A stretch of 60,940 nt of DNA, filler included, from Sphacelaria rigidula (Eukaryota), in the NCBI GenBank assembly GCA_964200075.2. It is 10 parts of 10 records of this genome, joined end to end, with 100 filler letters (N's around TTAATTAATTAA, not from the genome) between each part and the next. Parts side by side here need not be neighbours in the genome. Positions count along the whole stretch, not along the records: positions 30,523 to 36,526 come from CAXNAA020022863.1; positions 36,627 to 42,630 come from CAXNAA020022864.1; positions 42,731 to 48,734 come from CAXNAA020022865.1; positions 48,835 to 54,837 come from CAXNAA020022866.1; 6 more parts are not named here. One strand, written 5' to 3'. Below the pieces are notes generated by a model that did no database searches, had not been told where the DNA came from, and saw nothing but the letters and a program-made list of their open reading frames with translations. Below are positions 35,647-49,232 of this stretch, piece by piece (the first letter of the stretch is position 1; every line of letters begins with the position of its first letter). Position numbers and translations under genes: made by a program.

Positions 35647-38387
35647 CTTCGTTGCTGTACATCTGATCGGGGATTCGACGAGTGACGGGGCGCCATTCTA
35701 GTCGGTTTAGTCCTTACTTTATTTCGAAAGATAATCTACTTATGTAGTAGCGCTGCGGGGTTGGTGCGAACACGGCCAGGCTGCCCTTCTTTCGTGGTAG
35801 TTTCGGGTAGTCGTGCGGTTGGAAGTCCTGATCCGCTCATATTCATAAATGGGCAAAGGCCTAGAAAAGGTGCACCTTTTCGTACTTCGTGTAAGAAAGT
35901 TATGGAAAATGACCAGAAACGCGAAAACAGCAAAACACCCAATCTTAACCGATGTCGCTCCGAATTTTTCTCGAACAGCAATCGGGGGGCTCGTCGGCAC
36001 CGGGACCTATAAACATGAAACAAAAAACATATGTCACCCACGACACACGGCCATGCGCAGACGAACGTCCAGCCTCCACGAGCCACCTACCTTTTCTAGG
36101 CTAAATTTCGACCAGGTCTACCTGTTCTAGGAATTCTTCTTCGATCGTACCTTATCTGGGCCACCAGTCGGCTCAAAAAATACCTTTCCTGGGCCATCGC
36201 CTCCCACTCTTTATCTGACGCGGCACACTGCGCGCAAGGGAATATATGCGCCAAGCCCAACCATGGCGCCCACACATACATTCGACTTTCCCTCGCCCAT
36301 TTGCCGTTCACGAACGCCACAACGACCACACCCCTTCCTCCCCGGAAATTGGAGCCGAGTCCCTCCGCATCTACACAATAACTGGACTCACAACTCACAA
36401 TGCGTCTGTTTTTTGCTCTTGCGGAGTGTTGGTGTTATATAACATCATGCCGTTGCTTGAGGACCGACGCCCGGATGGGTAGGGTGACTCGTGTACAGAG
36501 TCGAGCTAGGGGACATTGTAGGAGGTNNNNNNNNNNNNNNNNNNNNNNNNNNNNNNNNNNNNNNNNNNNNTTAATTAATTAANNNNNNNNNNNNNNNNNN
36601 NNNNNNNNNNNNNNNNNNNNNNNNNNATTGTATTTTGCGGGTTCCACGTGGGTGTTGTTGGGAGCGCGCCTCGGTTGTTGGGCGCGGGGGGGGGGGGGGG
36701 GGGGGGGGGGCAACGTCACGAGTACGTCATGGGAGAAGGGAGAGGGGAAGAAAAAATGTTATCTCACCAGGTGATCCTCGTGTTCCATGGTACGTACTTT
36801 CCGCTGTCGTGCTTTTTTGTACCCAACGGAAGGTGACGTGTCGAGGATCCGACAGTACTACCTGTACTATAGCTGACGTCGATGGATCGTTTCACTCACG
36901 TTCGGGGCTGGCTGGCTGCCTCGCGATAGATGCTCTTGCTGCTTGAATTGCGATTCCCCACAAACTACGCCACTACAAGGTGCTGACCGCTCAATCGAGA
37001 CAACAATTATGGGTTGGGAGAAATCAGACGGGCAAATCTTTCTCGCTTGGATTTTTTCATCGGCGTTCGACAGCAGTTTTCATGCCCCCAAAAATGGAGA
37101 ATGTCGAAAATCACGCGTTTCCGACCCAAAACGGGTCACCTCACTGAAGGGAGGTTGGGGGGGGGGGGAGTCTGGCCACCTATACCACCGACTCTTTTCG
37201 AGGCTTCAACACAATCTCAGGAAAAATATCCAAACTGGAAGAACTGCTGCTGAGACTTTGGACTGTGGCTAACACTTCACAATGACGTGATGAAAGTAAA
37301 CTCGCCCCTTTGCTGAACGGTGTAGGAGAGGTAATGATTTGGTTCGCAGAAATGCATATCTTTACCGCTCGGTGACATCGCTGTACCGCTGCCATCCCGC
37401 GACAAGAAGTAGTCCGTGAACTGGTTTGTCGAAGCGGCTTCGGTGAACGAACGGTTTCGACACCGAAAATCATCTTCCGACTTTAGAGCTTCTGAGTTAA
37501 AATGACGGTTGTCGATAAATTGTCCCAGTGACCCTTCGACCAGCAGGGTGGGTCATTGGTTGATTCGACAATCACATTCGCCATGACGGGGATCCTGGTC
37601 GTTGAAGCGTCAAGAGAATCCATTATTCGAACGCTGATTGCTGACGACAGTGGGTGTCGCTTCCGGATCACGTCACAACATGCAGTCAGTAGTCCACGTT
37701 CGAATCATGGATTCACTCAAGCTGTTGATCGCCATGGTGGCTCATGCGAATTGTTCTGAAAGAATCAACCGAGTTCATTCATTGGCGGCCGAATGGTTCA
37801 TCTTCGTCATTTCTCCTTGGAAACTCTAAAATTGGTAGGTGCTGGTGCTGCTGGAAAAGCAAATCTTTCATGGAATAAAACTTTCCACGTCTGCGTTGTT
37901 TGGTCCACACGAGGTGGAATCTCGGTTAAGGGGGTGTTATTAAGCGTACTTGGTCCGAAAACACGGTTTCTCGGCTGAAGCGCACTCAAGACTGGTGATG
38001 ACTAAAACAAGGACACAACTGAACCCGGCGGATCTTCGACATGACGATCGGGATTGGATCGCTGATCAAGCCAACAGATCGACGAAACGATAAATTGGGG
38101 CATATGCACTAGTACGACCTGCTCCGAACACCGATAAGCCTGTCATCAGCCGTTGAAAGATGATCGTACTAATGATTCTCCCGGTCCCGATAGCTTGGTA
38201 TCAAGACTTATACTGTAATCCCCGTCAACCGAAGACTTGCAAATTAGTTCTGAACGATCGACAACTACGTATTTCTCATGTTACTTCATCACACTGACAG
38301 TGCTGCACCTCAGTTAGTTTTACTTTGCACGCAGTCTGTGGACTAAGACCGGACAAAGACGCGTGCGGAGGGGGGGGGGGGGGGGGG

Positions 38388-38479
38388 GCCAAGTTTTCAG
38401 TCAAAAGACATTTTTTAAGTTTGGTACAGCACGGGTACCTGTGCAGAAGGGGGGTTAAAANNNNNNNNNNGGGGGGAGT

Positions 38480-38517
<38 letters not shown>

Positions 38518-38608
38518 CGGGGGGGGTGCGCGGGTCCAAGTTTTCAGTCAAATGACATTATTGAAGTTTGGTACAGCACGGGTACCTGTGCATGATGGGG
38601 GTTAAAAA
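38388..38608. repeat. ~70-bp direct repeat with poly-G tracts flanking an N10 gap
   Basis: CCAAGTTTTCAGTCAAA.GACATT...AAGTTTGGTACAGCACGGGTACCTGTGCA occurs twice. Confidence 0.8.
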
Positions 38609-39631
38609 AGAGATGAGAAAAGAACGGCGCTGTTCCGGTTTCTCCGTGAACCGACGGGGCGAATGGAACCAGACATTGCCCCGGTAAACAGCAGGAAAGG
38701 TTGAAAAATCCCACGCCTCTATTCCAAATCCGACCGCCACCTCTCCGGTTTTCCATACATGACTATGATACCCTATCCACTTCCATTACACCAGACTGAC
38801 TGGAAAGAGTAACGGACATCCGATTGTACCCTGCACTTTGTAGAAATGCATGACAGAAAATAGTAACCGACACTGGTGGTAAGAACCCTGTACGTACTTG
38901 GGGTCCAGCATCACAACGACCGACACTGGGGGATAAAAGTGCGTATAAGGGAGGAGATCTTGAACGATCCCTCCCCAACACGAATGCTCTTGATTGAGCT
39001 AGCACTGTTGTCGGTGCATTGAGAGGACGACAAGGAAGACTCACCGACCCCAGTGAGGGGGCGAAGTCAGCAATAGCCTGGAGATGAACAGAAAAAAAGC
39101 GGCGAAGCACAGCGACCAAATACGCTGACCCATCACACGCGTTTCTTTCGCTATGACACCAACAACACACAGCAAGGGTCACTGGGACTAACTCTCCGTC
39201 ACCGAACCCTCCGCATACTCACCAAACACGCCATTACTCTACTGGAGTTTCCGACGAATCGGATAAAAGTACGCGTTCTACCGCAGCACACACGCAAGCA
39301 GAGCGCGAGAGGGCGGAAGAGCAGACGACAGTCGACAGTCCATGCTCGCGGTCGCGCCTCTCTGTACTTCTTCTGTCTCAGCAATGAAGCATAATGAGCA
39401 AGGCGCACGTACCCATGGCGGTTGTACAGTACAACAGTAGGTAATGGCAGCCACGCCACCGGAACGTTTGTCACTTGAGATAACTCGCCTCGGGACCAAA
39501 CATAGAGACCCCAAACCACACTCAAGGAAATCGTAATAGAAGGACTCGACACATAAGGGTGGTATTCCCCGTAGAGGGAAAATGTATACCGTGGTACAAG
39601 TAAACCCCCCCGAAAAAAATCGCTCACTCAC

Positions 39632-39951
39632 ATTGCCGTAGTTGAGGTGGCGACGATGCGCCACTCCAACAGATCCCGCATACGTAGGAACACCAGCGCC
39701 GAAGACATCAGATCCTCCGGAAGGTTGGTGGCCCGCATCACAGCCCCTCGTGCTGCTGGCGTAGCAGTGCCAGTAACAGTAGTGGTGGTAGTAGTAAGTG
39801 AAGTAGTAGTACAGCTACTGTTGTCGTCGCCCGTTGCGGTCTCGTTGTTGTCGAGTAGCTCGATAATCTCGCCCATCTTCTCCTTGCTGGCGTCTCTCAA
39901 AACGCTTGGACCGGGAATATCTTCCCCGAAACCACGGTCAAAAAGCTTCAC
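39632..39951 (-). CDS. Exon of an F-box-domain protein; a probable downstream exon at 39045-39077 reads AIADFAPSLGS
   Basis: ttcttccgaag|VKLFDRGFGEDIPG...TNLPEDLMSSALVFLRMRDLLEWRIVA...|gtgagt; LP.D....L.FL..RDL is the F-box pattern. The small exon has ctccag| and |gtgagt borders. Confidence 0.65.
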
Positions 39952-40990
39952 CTTCGGAAGAAACAACACGTACTATGATCCGGAAAAAATGAAAATACAC
40001 AAAAGACTATCACGAAGCCCGTCTAAGTCACTTGAAACTTGTAAGCGACAGGTTACTGTACTCCTGAAGTAGTTTGCCTGTGCGAGTACACTGACGTCCG
40101 TGTGTCTTGAGAAAAAAATTCGCGATGTAAGAAGGCCGGTTCTAATGTTTCAGGTCCATGGCTGCTAAAGGCACCCCCTGTGACGCAATGCACGGGGATG
40201 TATGTATTGGAAGCGTGGTGTTGGTGGTGATGTTGGTGGTTGTGATCGCCGAACAGCCCTTCTTCAAGTGGTGAAGCAGCTACAAAGGGGGTCATGGAAT
40301 GAGTAAAAGATGAATGAATCAAATGTTCGACCCAACAACCCGTCAACGTTGAACACAACACGTTGTATCTTTCACGACACAGAATCCGATAAGTTTTGTT
40401 CAGACCCGTGGTGAACAGGTTCAAGAAGAATAACGGACAAAAATGTTACACCACACGAGCTGATACTGCCAAGCTCAGCCTCAAAGTTTGTTTACGCATA
40501 AGGCCCCATGCATGACGATCCATTTTGATGAGAATATAAAAAGTGAGAACGCGCCATGATGAGAGTGAGCATGGCTCTATGTCTAGCAGTTTTATATTTT
40601 CAAAATGTCCTTCCGGTTGAGAGCTAATGGGGAACGGATGTAGAGAACCAAAAAAGGAAACTGCCAGGAGGAGCATATACGAGCTGGGGCAGCAGTAAAA
40701 TCCCGCCTTTGCATGTCACACCATAGCTTATCAAGTTTACTGCATCAGCCCGACTTGAGTATATCGATGTGACCCGCAGACCAACCTAGTAACGCACGGC
40801 ACCGCCGCTGAATGAAGAAAAAAGTGAAGAAAAAATGTACTGCATAGTGTATGACCTTACCGACGGAACAAAAAAAAGGAATATGTCGTGAATCGAACTC
40901 GTGACTTCCATAACTGGAGCCTCCTGTATCACTTGGATTAAAGGGGAGCAGCGGTGTCAAACACAAAGTGCCCTGCTGCGCCCGAGTTAA

Positions 40991-41084
40991 CCCTTTAGAC
41001 CGCGGGGCGGGTAGTCCATCTGGATCATGCATACTTTTTCAAGTGAATGTTGATGCCGATTAACCTACCCTCGAGGTGAAAGGG
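40991..41084. mobile_element. 94-bp piggyBac-type mini-MITE with an inverted partial copy abutting from 41089
   Basis: TTAA|CCCTTTAGACCGCGG...CGAGGTGAAAGGG|TTAA; homologues at 42412-42511 (plus an inverted copy at 42516-42570) and 58239-58332. Confidence 0.75.
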
Positions 41085-42411
41085 TTAACCGTTAGACCGC
41101 GAGGGTAGGTTATCTGCTGGAGGATCGGCATCAATTTTCACTTATTCGTTGAATCGGCATCATCTATTTTCACCTGGAAAACGAAACCAGATCGCCTACT
41201 CGTACTCTGCATGGCGTTCGAAGGGTCAACACAAAAAGTCATATTTACATGACAACAAAATACAAAAAGAATGAAAAATCTGTGTATCGGTGTGTCTGGT
41301 CGAAAAGGGCACCGTTGCAACGTTGTTGGATACAAGAAGCACAATCATCGAGCATAATTTATACGTGGCGAAGATAAATCGAGCACAAAATTTCATTTTT
41401 TCGAGAATGCGAGGACAAATCTAGCATAATACCACAGAAAACATACTGGGTCTCGTGGAGGGACATTTCGGAACCGAAACGGTTCATTCACTAATTGACC
41501 GCTTTTCACTCTCAATCGTATCCTTTACTCTTAATCTCACGAATACACTGTTGCAACTTGAGTATAGATATCTTCCGAGGTCAGACTTGCAGCGAGGTGG
41601 GCAATAGTACGTACGGTGATATGTTATCTCCACGGCGGTAGTCAACCCGCCACCGACGCCAAATGAGCAGCCTTGATTCCCACAACAGTCCCTCCAATTG
41701 AGTTTGGCGGCAAGCCGCCGATTAAGAAAACATGAAAACATTGCTCGGGGCTGCGCGCCAAAAAGGCTTGGAATTTGGTCCGCCGCCAGAGCGCCGCACC
41801 CATATCCCATATCAGGCCTGTTGATATTCACCGTATGAAAAGGCGGGTACCCTTCTTTTTATTGTAGGGGTATTTGTTCATTTGATGGCATACCTCCGCA
41901 AGGCACACCAGCTCGGCCAGCAGGATGCACGATCCACGCCAACCAAGAGGTAGGATGTCTTAGAGACGGCACAGGCTTTGCGCCGAGCTTGCTATTTGCA
42001 TATGCCTTGCTCTGGCTCTTCATGTGCTGTCGTAGTCATGTGTCAGCCTTTGTGTGGCTTGGTAAGAAAGCAGATGTTTCACCACGCTACAGCTGGGCTG
42101 CGTGTCGGAGGACAGACACAACAGTTGTCCAACAAGTAACAAGAACCTTGGGGTACAGTCTGTCGTGCTTGCAATATACGGCACTGTAGCCAGTGGCTGA
42201 GGAACTGTATTCTAACTGGATAGCAAGGAACATATCGGATATGCAGGACGTAGCGTGCTCCCTTGTGTCTGACACACCCGCCAGTTTTTACCGCTGCAGC
42301 AAGGCATCTCTGCTGTTACAAAACCTACGTGGTGTTCACGGCCGCTTGCATTCTCTGTCCTTTACTATTCCACAATAACCAGTCCGTCTTTGGGAGTCAT
42401 TTGGCCCTAAA

Positions 42412-42570
42412 CCCTTAGACCGCGGTGCGGGTAGTCAATCTGGATCGCGCATCCTTCTTTCTTGTGAAGATTGATGCCGACTCAGCAGGTGACCTACCTT
42501 CTAAGTAAGGGTCAACCCTTAGACCACGCGAGTAGGTCATCTGCCGAATCGGCATCAATTTCACTTGCAA
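42412..42570. mobile_element. piggyBac-type mini-MITE inverted dimer
   Basis: CCCTTAGACCGCGGTGCGGGTAG...AAGGG|TCAA|CCCTTAGACCACGCGAGTAGGTCATCTGCCGAATCGGCATCAA. Confidence 0.7.
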
Positions 42571-42573
42571 ACA

Positions 42574-42630
42574 GGTCGCCCCGGTGGCTCAGTTGGTAAC
42601 CTCGTAACCTTCTGATGGTTGAGTTGGGGG
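42574..42630 (+). mobile_element. tRNA-derived SINE head, truncated by the scaffold end
   Basis: GGTCGCCCCGGTGGCTCAGTTGGTAACCTCG matches the head of the SINE at 14224-14583. Confidence 0.8.
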
Positions 42631-42730
42631 NNNNNNNNNNNNNNNNNNNNNNNNNNNNNNNNNNNNNNNNNNNNTTAATTAATTAANNNNNNNNNNNNNN
42701 NNNNNNNNNNNNNNNNNNNNNNNNNNNNNN

Positions 42731-42806
42731 TGCTCCGTCTCGAAAGGGATGCGTGGTCAATGGTCAAATGACTAAGGCAAGCAACAAATGAGTACGCCCC
42801 CCCCCA
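42731..42806 (+). mobile_element. LINE 3' end (family A) with C tail
   Basis: TGCTCCGTCTCGAAAGGGATGCGTGGTCAATGGTCAAATGACTAAGGCAAGCAACAAATGAGTACG followed by (C)n. Confidence 0.75.
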
Positions 42807-43646
42807 TGATGGAGCTGTTGACCTTGGTGCCATCTTGCAGCACTACAGCACTCGTACGAGTATCAGTCTATTGTACGCGTGCGTGTACGACGAAATTCCC
42901 CACCGTAATTCCACCGCATTTCGTGAAACGAAACGTCATCAGACACGCTATCACGCGACGACACGACACGTTCCTGGCACTCAATGCAGTACAATAACAT
43001 CATCGTCAAAACTTCGCCAATCGACCAGCGGCGCTGCCGGTTGGTCTGCAGCTCACGGCGATATGCTCAAGTTGAGCTGATTTGGTGAACTTGACGAGTT
43101 ATGGTTGGGGATGCAAATGCGGCACTCTTTGCTGGCCCAGCCTGTATAGGACATGTCCCCAAGTCATTCGAAAACACCCGACGGACTGGGACGTGCATTG
43201 TTTTGAAATAAGCTGAACCGTGCAGGCAGTAGGTGCTGGTGGGTGCTAGATAGTGAATTCGCATCCGTTGTGAACTGCGAGCATATCTGTAAGAAGTCAT
43301 CAACAATGCCAACAATTGGCGGGGCCGCACTAGCTAATACAGGGAGCCTGCGGTTGTGCGGGGTACTGTACAAGCAGAAAAGCCGTAGCCGCCGACAGTA
43401 CAGCAAGGAGGCTGCGGCTTTTCTGCTTGTATAGTGCTCCGCACCACCGCAGGCTCCCTGAATCCTCTGGTGCGGCTCCGCCCATGTGATGGGAGACAAA
43501 CTGTCAAGCATCAGGTAGCTGGCTGTGCCCCATGAGCCAGGCATTGCTGATGCCTTCTTCACACGTCGGACGACCACGAGTATGACTCGTGGTACTCGCA
43601 CTCGTTGGGCTGCTCTTTGGCCGTTTTTGGAGGTCCTTGAGTCCTT

Positions 43647-43738
43647 GCTCGTTGTGGGAAAATTACGAGGGCGAGTACTCGAGCCATGGCTCGTTGTGGG
43701 AAAATTAAGAGGGCGAGTACTCGAGTCATGCTCGTTGT
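43647..43738. repeat. 42-bp tandem repeat, just over 2 copies
   Basis: GCTCGTTGTGGGAAAATTA.GAGGGCGAGTACTCGAG.CATG repeated. Confidence 0.9.
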
Positions 43739-46700
43739 GATCTCAAAATCATCAACGAGTGCACTCGTTTTGACGAGTAACGACTCATGCGACGTGTGAA
43801 AATTTTCGACATACGAGGTTTTCTCTCATTCTTCATTTTTCCACCGTTTTTCGGGGATCCCGGGGTTCTCGGGGATCTTGGACCCCGTGGAACCTCCGAA
43901 AACCATGACAAAACCAAGAGGTAAAAAAACCTTCGTCCATCGAAAGTTTTGCAGTGACCCATAGTACGTGTGTGCGATATGGCATGGTGTATTCCTAAAA
44001 AACGGCGTGAAATTTTGCGGTCTTGTGCGATGGAGTGAGCTTGAAACGTGCAGACGTGTATTTTAGTATGTTGAGAAAAAAAATTATGGGTGTGGATGCG
44101 GGGCCTACCGACAAAAAAACGTGCACGAAAAAAATAAAATAGAACACGGACAAACAATGGCCACGTCATCAGGTAGCCGCACCTCTGCCGAGCAGAACAC
44201 GAACAGAAAACACGCTTCATCCCTTATCAACTCGTTTTAGTATGCGACAGCTACAGGACTTTTCATCGCGAGTTTCTCGGCAAGCAAGTCGGCCCGCGGC
44301 ACTTCACGCCCCCCCGCATACACACAACAGCTAGGCCAAGCCGCTAGCCCTTTGCTCATTTCGCCACAGCGGACCCGAAAAGTCTTAAAAACTGAAAAAC
44401 ACATTCTTGCACATACTGGTTTGGTGCGGCATAGTATCACGCGTGAGGGCAATCGCGTAACGGCGCGACCTCGAATGCGTGTGTGGAAAGCGCACGCAAT
44501 AAACCACAGCCTAATCCTCCGCTTAGTTGCCGAGGTAATCGCGTTGAGAGATTGGCACAACATACTCCAACAAGAGGGGCACATCAACAACACTAGCAGC
44601 AGCTTCTATCCTCCTGTTGTTGTGACCCTGTGTACAGATGCACAGCAAGCCAGCCACAGCTTTGTTGTAGAATATACTGTATATTAGTACATTTTGTATG
44701 AGCGTGGTCGTCATTTCGACGTGACGCGTGTTGTGATTGATACTGATTGGCTCATGTAGGCTTCATTTCGTCCGCATACAGTGGTCGGTGCGCACTTTCC
44801 CGAAATAGAGAACCCCAAATCGATCCCCATTCACACCCACAACTGTGCGAGGTCTTCGATTTTCGCTACTAAACTCCGTCAATAGGTCCCTTGAACCGCT
44901 CGGGGGTCACGATGTCATTCATTTTCATTTCCGGCATTCCGTATCGCCTTCCGAGGGTCCCAGCGTGAAGACCCCCGGAAGGCGGTAAAGAGCGGAGGAA
45001 CTTTGAAATATTGTCAGCAACACGTTTTTCCCTCATTTGGAGCATCAACACCAACGTATGTGCCAAATTTGAAGGCGATCTCACCTTTCCTACGGAACAA
45101 AAACTTCCTGGGTCTTGCGTGCGTATCATCAGTAGAAACCCGTGATGCCAAAACCCCCGACATCACCGAAATGCCACGGTTCGGGGTATAACTCGATCTC
45201 ACAGCAACCGTTTCCAAATCTGTTTCCTTCTGTTAGATCCCCGAGCTGATGACGATCACTCCGATTTGAAGTATTTGGACATTGGGCAGCCGTTGCGTCA
45301 AAAAAACAATTGTTCAATTTCAGAACGATTTGAAAAGCGCTGATTCGTCGAGGTACCTTTTCGCCCATGGCACCACCGCTATAGCACTAAAGCCTTGGAC
45401 GAAAATACGACGAAATCACCCCCTTCGTCTGTTCGTTGCGGTCAGTATGATACCAAGTGTGCGACTACTGGGTGGGTATTGCGGAAGACACTTGCTGATA
45501 ACACAATTCGAGGCGATGAGCGTGAACCAGCCTGTAACGTACGTCCAATATTGAATTTGCCCATTTTTGCAACCCGGCTCGTATGCGCGTGCTTGATGAC
45601 AGCCCCAGGCGTAACTTCGACTGGATGAGAGCGATGACGGAGAATACCACGCGGTGTCCTGTCCGTATGCTGCAAAGGCGACCTTCAGTGGTTCACCGTC
45701 GAAACCTCATCGCACAATATATCGCCCGAGTAAAGCACAGGCCAGCAATTGCCTCTGGTCAGCGGTTGTGGGGTCACAATCACTCATCATCTCCTTGCAC
45801 CACTGCAGGACCGCATTCACAGCGGTTCCGGTATCATGTGTCCGCAGACCGCTGTTATTGCACTGTGTGCGAACTGTAATCTACATCCTATACGCTGTTT
45901 GAACCTTTTCTGTTGCACTACGGGGTTGTAGATATCACGCGTGATTCCAGCCTGAATGGAAATATGTTCCCGAAACGACGCCCGGCGCTCGAAGCGTTAC
46001 CGTACTGTAAATGTATTTTTGCACTTGTCGTTCCTCTGTAGCTGTACTTCCAGCAAGGTCTGTTGTTCAAGCTATGGTTCGTTGTGCTCTGAGCCGATGA
46101 TGACACTTCGCCTATAACCTGCAGCCAGCGATATACGAGCATACGGGACATCGGAACAGGGACCATGAGGCATCGCCTCTAGATCATACAATGGAGGTAC
46201 GGCGTTCTTACCGGAATCTTCCTCCATGCTGTGGTGCGCTCGAAGGCGCCGGCATAAACCGCTGAGGTTTCTCGTCTAGGTTTTCGCAAGGGATCGAAAC
46301 CGATGGAAAATGGCATTTTCTTACAATGGATAATGACAACGGTAAATACCGGCGATCCTGCTCTACTGTACATGTAGTCTGTAGTGCCCTGTTGCGACAA
46401 CATGACAGGAGTGGCGAAAGGGTTTCCTCCACACAAAAAGGTGCTTCGTACCTTGGCTAGAAGCACGTTGAATCTTATGACACCCGGATTCCTCGTTGGA
46501 CACTTGAAGAACGGACTTTCGGTGGGTGGGCGGGAAGCCCGGAATGGCTGCTTAGCTTTGGTGGAGGGAAAAGCCTGCAGAGCTTTGGCCGCTGCCACGG
46601 ATATCTTCAGGTGTTGTACAAGTATCGTTAGTCAACGAAAAACCGCAACAAGAAGCATATACACTACCACCTCCACCGGCTACACAGCAGCTGCGATCGC

Positions 46701-48869
46701 GTCAGTAGTACGTGTGGCTATGGGAAATGAATGTAAATGTCAACACACAGAGCGAAGTGATGCATGGGCACGAGCACATGTGCACCTGCTTCGCCAATCA
46801 CCACAAAATAACGCTGGCGCACTCCTATCATCGGCCAGAACTACGACGAGTATTGGCGAGTCAGCATTTGATTTTGACAAATCTTAGCGAAACACTGAGC
46901 ATTAGACCACACTACGGCTCACCTCCCATAGATAGAAGTAACTCAACGTGAATCAAAAGATTTTCGCGCGAAGCGCGATTACAGCCTAGTGTTTGAAAAC
47001 GGCATTCGGCAAAAATTTAGGATCCGTCTGAAATCAGGGAAAGATCTGTCACGTGGGACATGTCCTGTTTCACCGTGCTGCAGCACAAACACACTCACAC
47101 CCTTTCCCATGTGCGGTAGCCATCACTGCGCTGTGGTGTGTTCAGACCTTTGCGGAAGCGGTTTGGTCTCCGCTGGGACTGCCTGGGTTGCCTTATTACT
47201 GTCATCGCGTTCGTCTCCTTGGAAAACAATGCTAGCCCAGTCAGTGCTGTCTACTGTACACGCTGTTGAAACCTTCTTCGTTTGTTGGCTGTTCTGTCGT
47301 TCGTCAAACGAACAAGGTGATTCCCACACCCATCATTTCTATGCCGTAGTTGTCGCTGTGCTGTTGTGCATTTGAACACTCCAAGACGAACATGGTGTGG
47401 TGTGAGCTGGAAGGTTACCTGAACAGTTGTACTGGTGGTGCAGGCCGTGTTTCGGGCTGCACAGAATTGGGGTGGGATCAAAGTCAGTACTGCCGGTGCA
47501 AAGTTGAAACAGTCACGTGACGGCTGTGCAGCTGTTTGTTGCGTCTTCTTTGGTACTTCACTTGTAGTCGGGTGCTGTGATCGGGGGGAACAAGCAAGGC
47601 GGTTGCGTGCAGGTTGGGGCAAACAAACTGAGCCAGCGCGGGGCTGCATGTATCCTCGTATCAGTCGCAGCGACGCCATGTGTGGGCCAATCAGGGCTAT
47701 TTGACCACTCAATTCCTACTCGATTTTCTCATCTGATTGAAGAAAGTTCGCTGCATTTTGGTATAATATTGAAAGACTTTGATTGGTTAAAAACTCTCGC
47801 CAGTCAAAATTCTTGCCCTCATCTGTGAGTCCTGTCCCAACTCTCCAAAATTCCTGTCGGAAACCGCCTTTTGGGCCCTTCTTCGTCGATTTACGCCCGG
47901 AAAGAGGCTAGGCGGCTGTTGACGCGTTGGGATGACTTGCTCTACTCGTTGATATCGTTCCAGGGCAACTTTGCTTTTCCCGCTGGCCGCAGTTTTGTTT
48001 TTGGCCAAACCAGGTCAAACACGGATTTTCCGTAAAAAACGGTCAGGCGATCAAAGTTTCTCCCTCTTTTTTAATCGCTTGGCCGTTTTTTTGGGGATGA
48101 TACGGCGTGTTTGGCGAAAACTCAAAGTACATTTAGCGGGAAATGCAAAGTTGTCCTGAAATGGTCTCAACGAGTAGAGCAAGTAATGCCAAGGCATCGA
48201 TATCCGCCTAGAGGTGAAAGTCCCAATTAAGGTACGCTGAAGGCGCCTGACGGGGAAAACTCTGGTTCGTGGGAACCACGACACGGAGAACAATGTCCAG
48301 GGTATCCGGAGACAGACAACTTGACCCTCTATCACCCACGCTTTTCAAAATTGAAAAATAACCAAACCAAGTTGCAGGAGTAGACGTGGGTTATGGCTCT
48401 ATCGACGCAAAAAATGCTGCCATAACACCCTCTGTTTCAATCAGTTGATTTCTCGCGACATTAGACATCTCAGACCTTCTCCTTTGGTACAAATGTTCAT
48501 GAGATTAGTGCGGTCCGTTTTGAGGGGAAAAGGAAGAAGAAAAAGTTTAATGCGGGGATGAAAAATGCATATTGTTAGAAAAGTGTCGCTATGAGCCCTT
48601 TGACGTGATCGCTAGAGTTGGCGCAATGGCACTTAAGCCAAGCAAGCAGACAAGCTGCTTTGGAGTGTAGACAGAAGATGGTGTTCAAGGTGCCTCTTGC
48701 GGGTAAGACAGTCCAAACAACCCACCGTGTTGAANNNNNNNNNNNNNNNNNNNNNNNNNNNNNNNNNNNNNNNNNNNNTTAATTAATTAANNNNNNNNNN
48801 NNNNNNNNNNNNNNNNNNNNNNNNNNNNNNNNNNCGCAATCTCAAAATAAGAAAAAAAAAAAAGAGAAA

Positions 48870-49232
48870 AATAAGAGGCGAGCTGGAAAAACAAATCGTG
48901 TTATACTTACACGACCAACAGAATGTCTGAAGAAAAAAAAACGCGTATAAAATCAAACCGAGTTGAATAATACGCGCTAAGATGACTCGCCGTCCCCAGA
49001 ATTCGCGAAAAAAAATAAAGTAATAATAATCAAGGCGAGCGGCAGTGATTTTTCGTGTCAGGCCTACACAACTAGAATAATATTCAGACATGAACGTGTA
49101 TCAAATCAGTTCAAGATAAAATAATACGCGCTAACTTGACTCGCCGTGTCATAAATCCGAAGAAAAGAGACGAAATTATAAGGCGAGCTGGAAAAAATAA
49201 TCGTGTCATACCTACACGACTAACAATAACAT
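48870..49232. repeat. ~150-bp-period degenerate tandem repeat
   Basis: AGGCGAGC...TCGTGT.A..C.TACAC.AC at ~48876, ~49033 and ~49181; AATAATACGCGCTAA..TGACTCGCCG at ~48966 and ~49120. Confidence 0.8.

Noticed and set aside
37260..38000. gag-like or other retroelement ORF
   Set aside because: Stops in all frames and no diagnostic motif.
38370..38530. Poly-G tracts as functional G-quadruplex elements
   Set aside because: They adjoin an N gap and duplicated flanks, so homopolymer lengths are unreliable and may be assembly artefacts.
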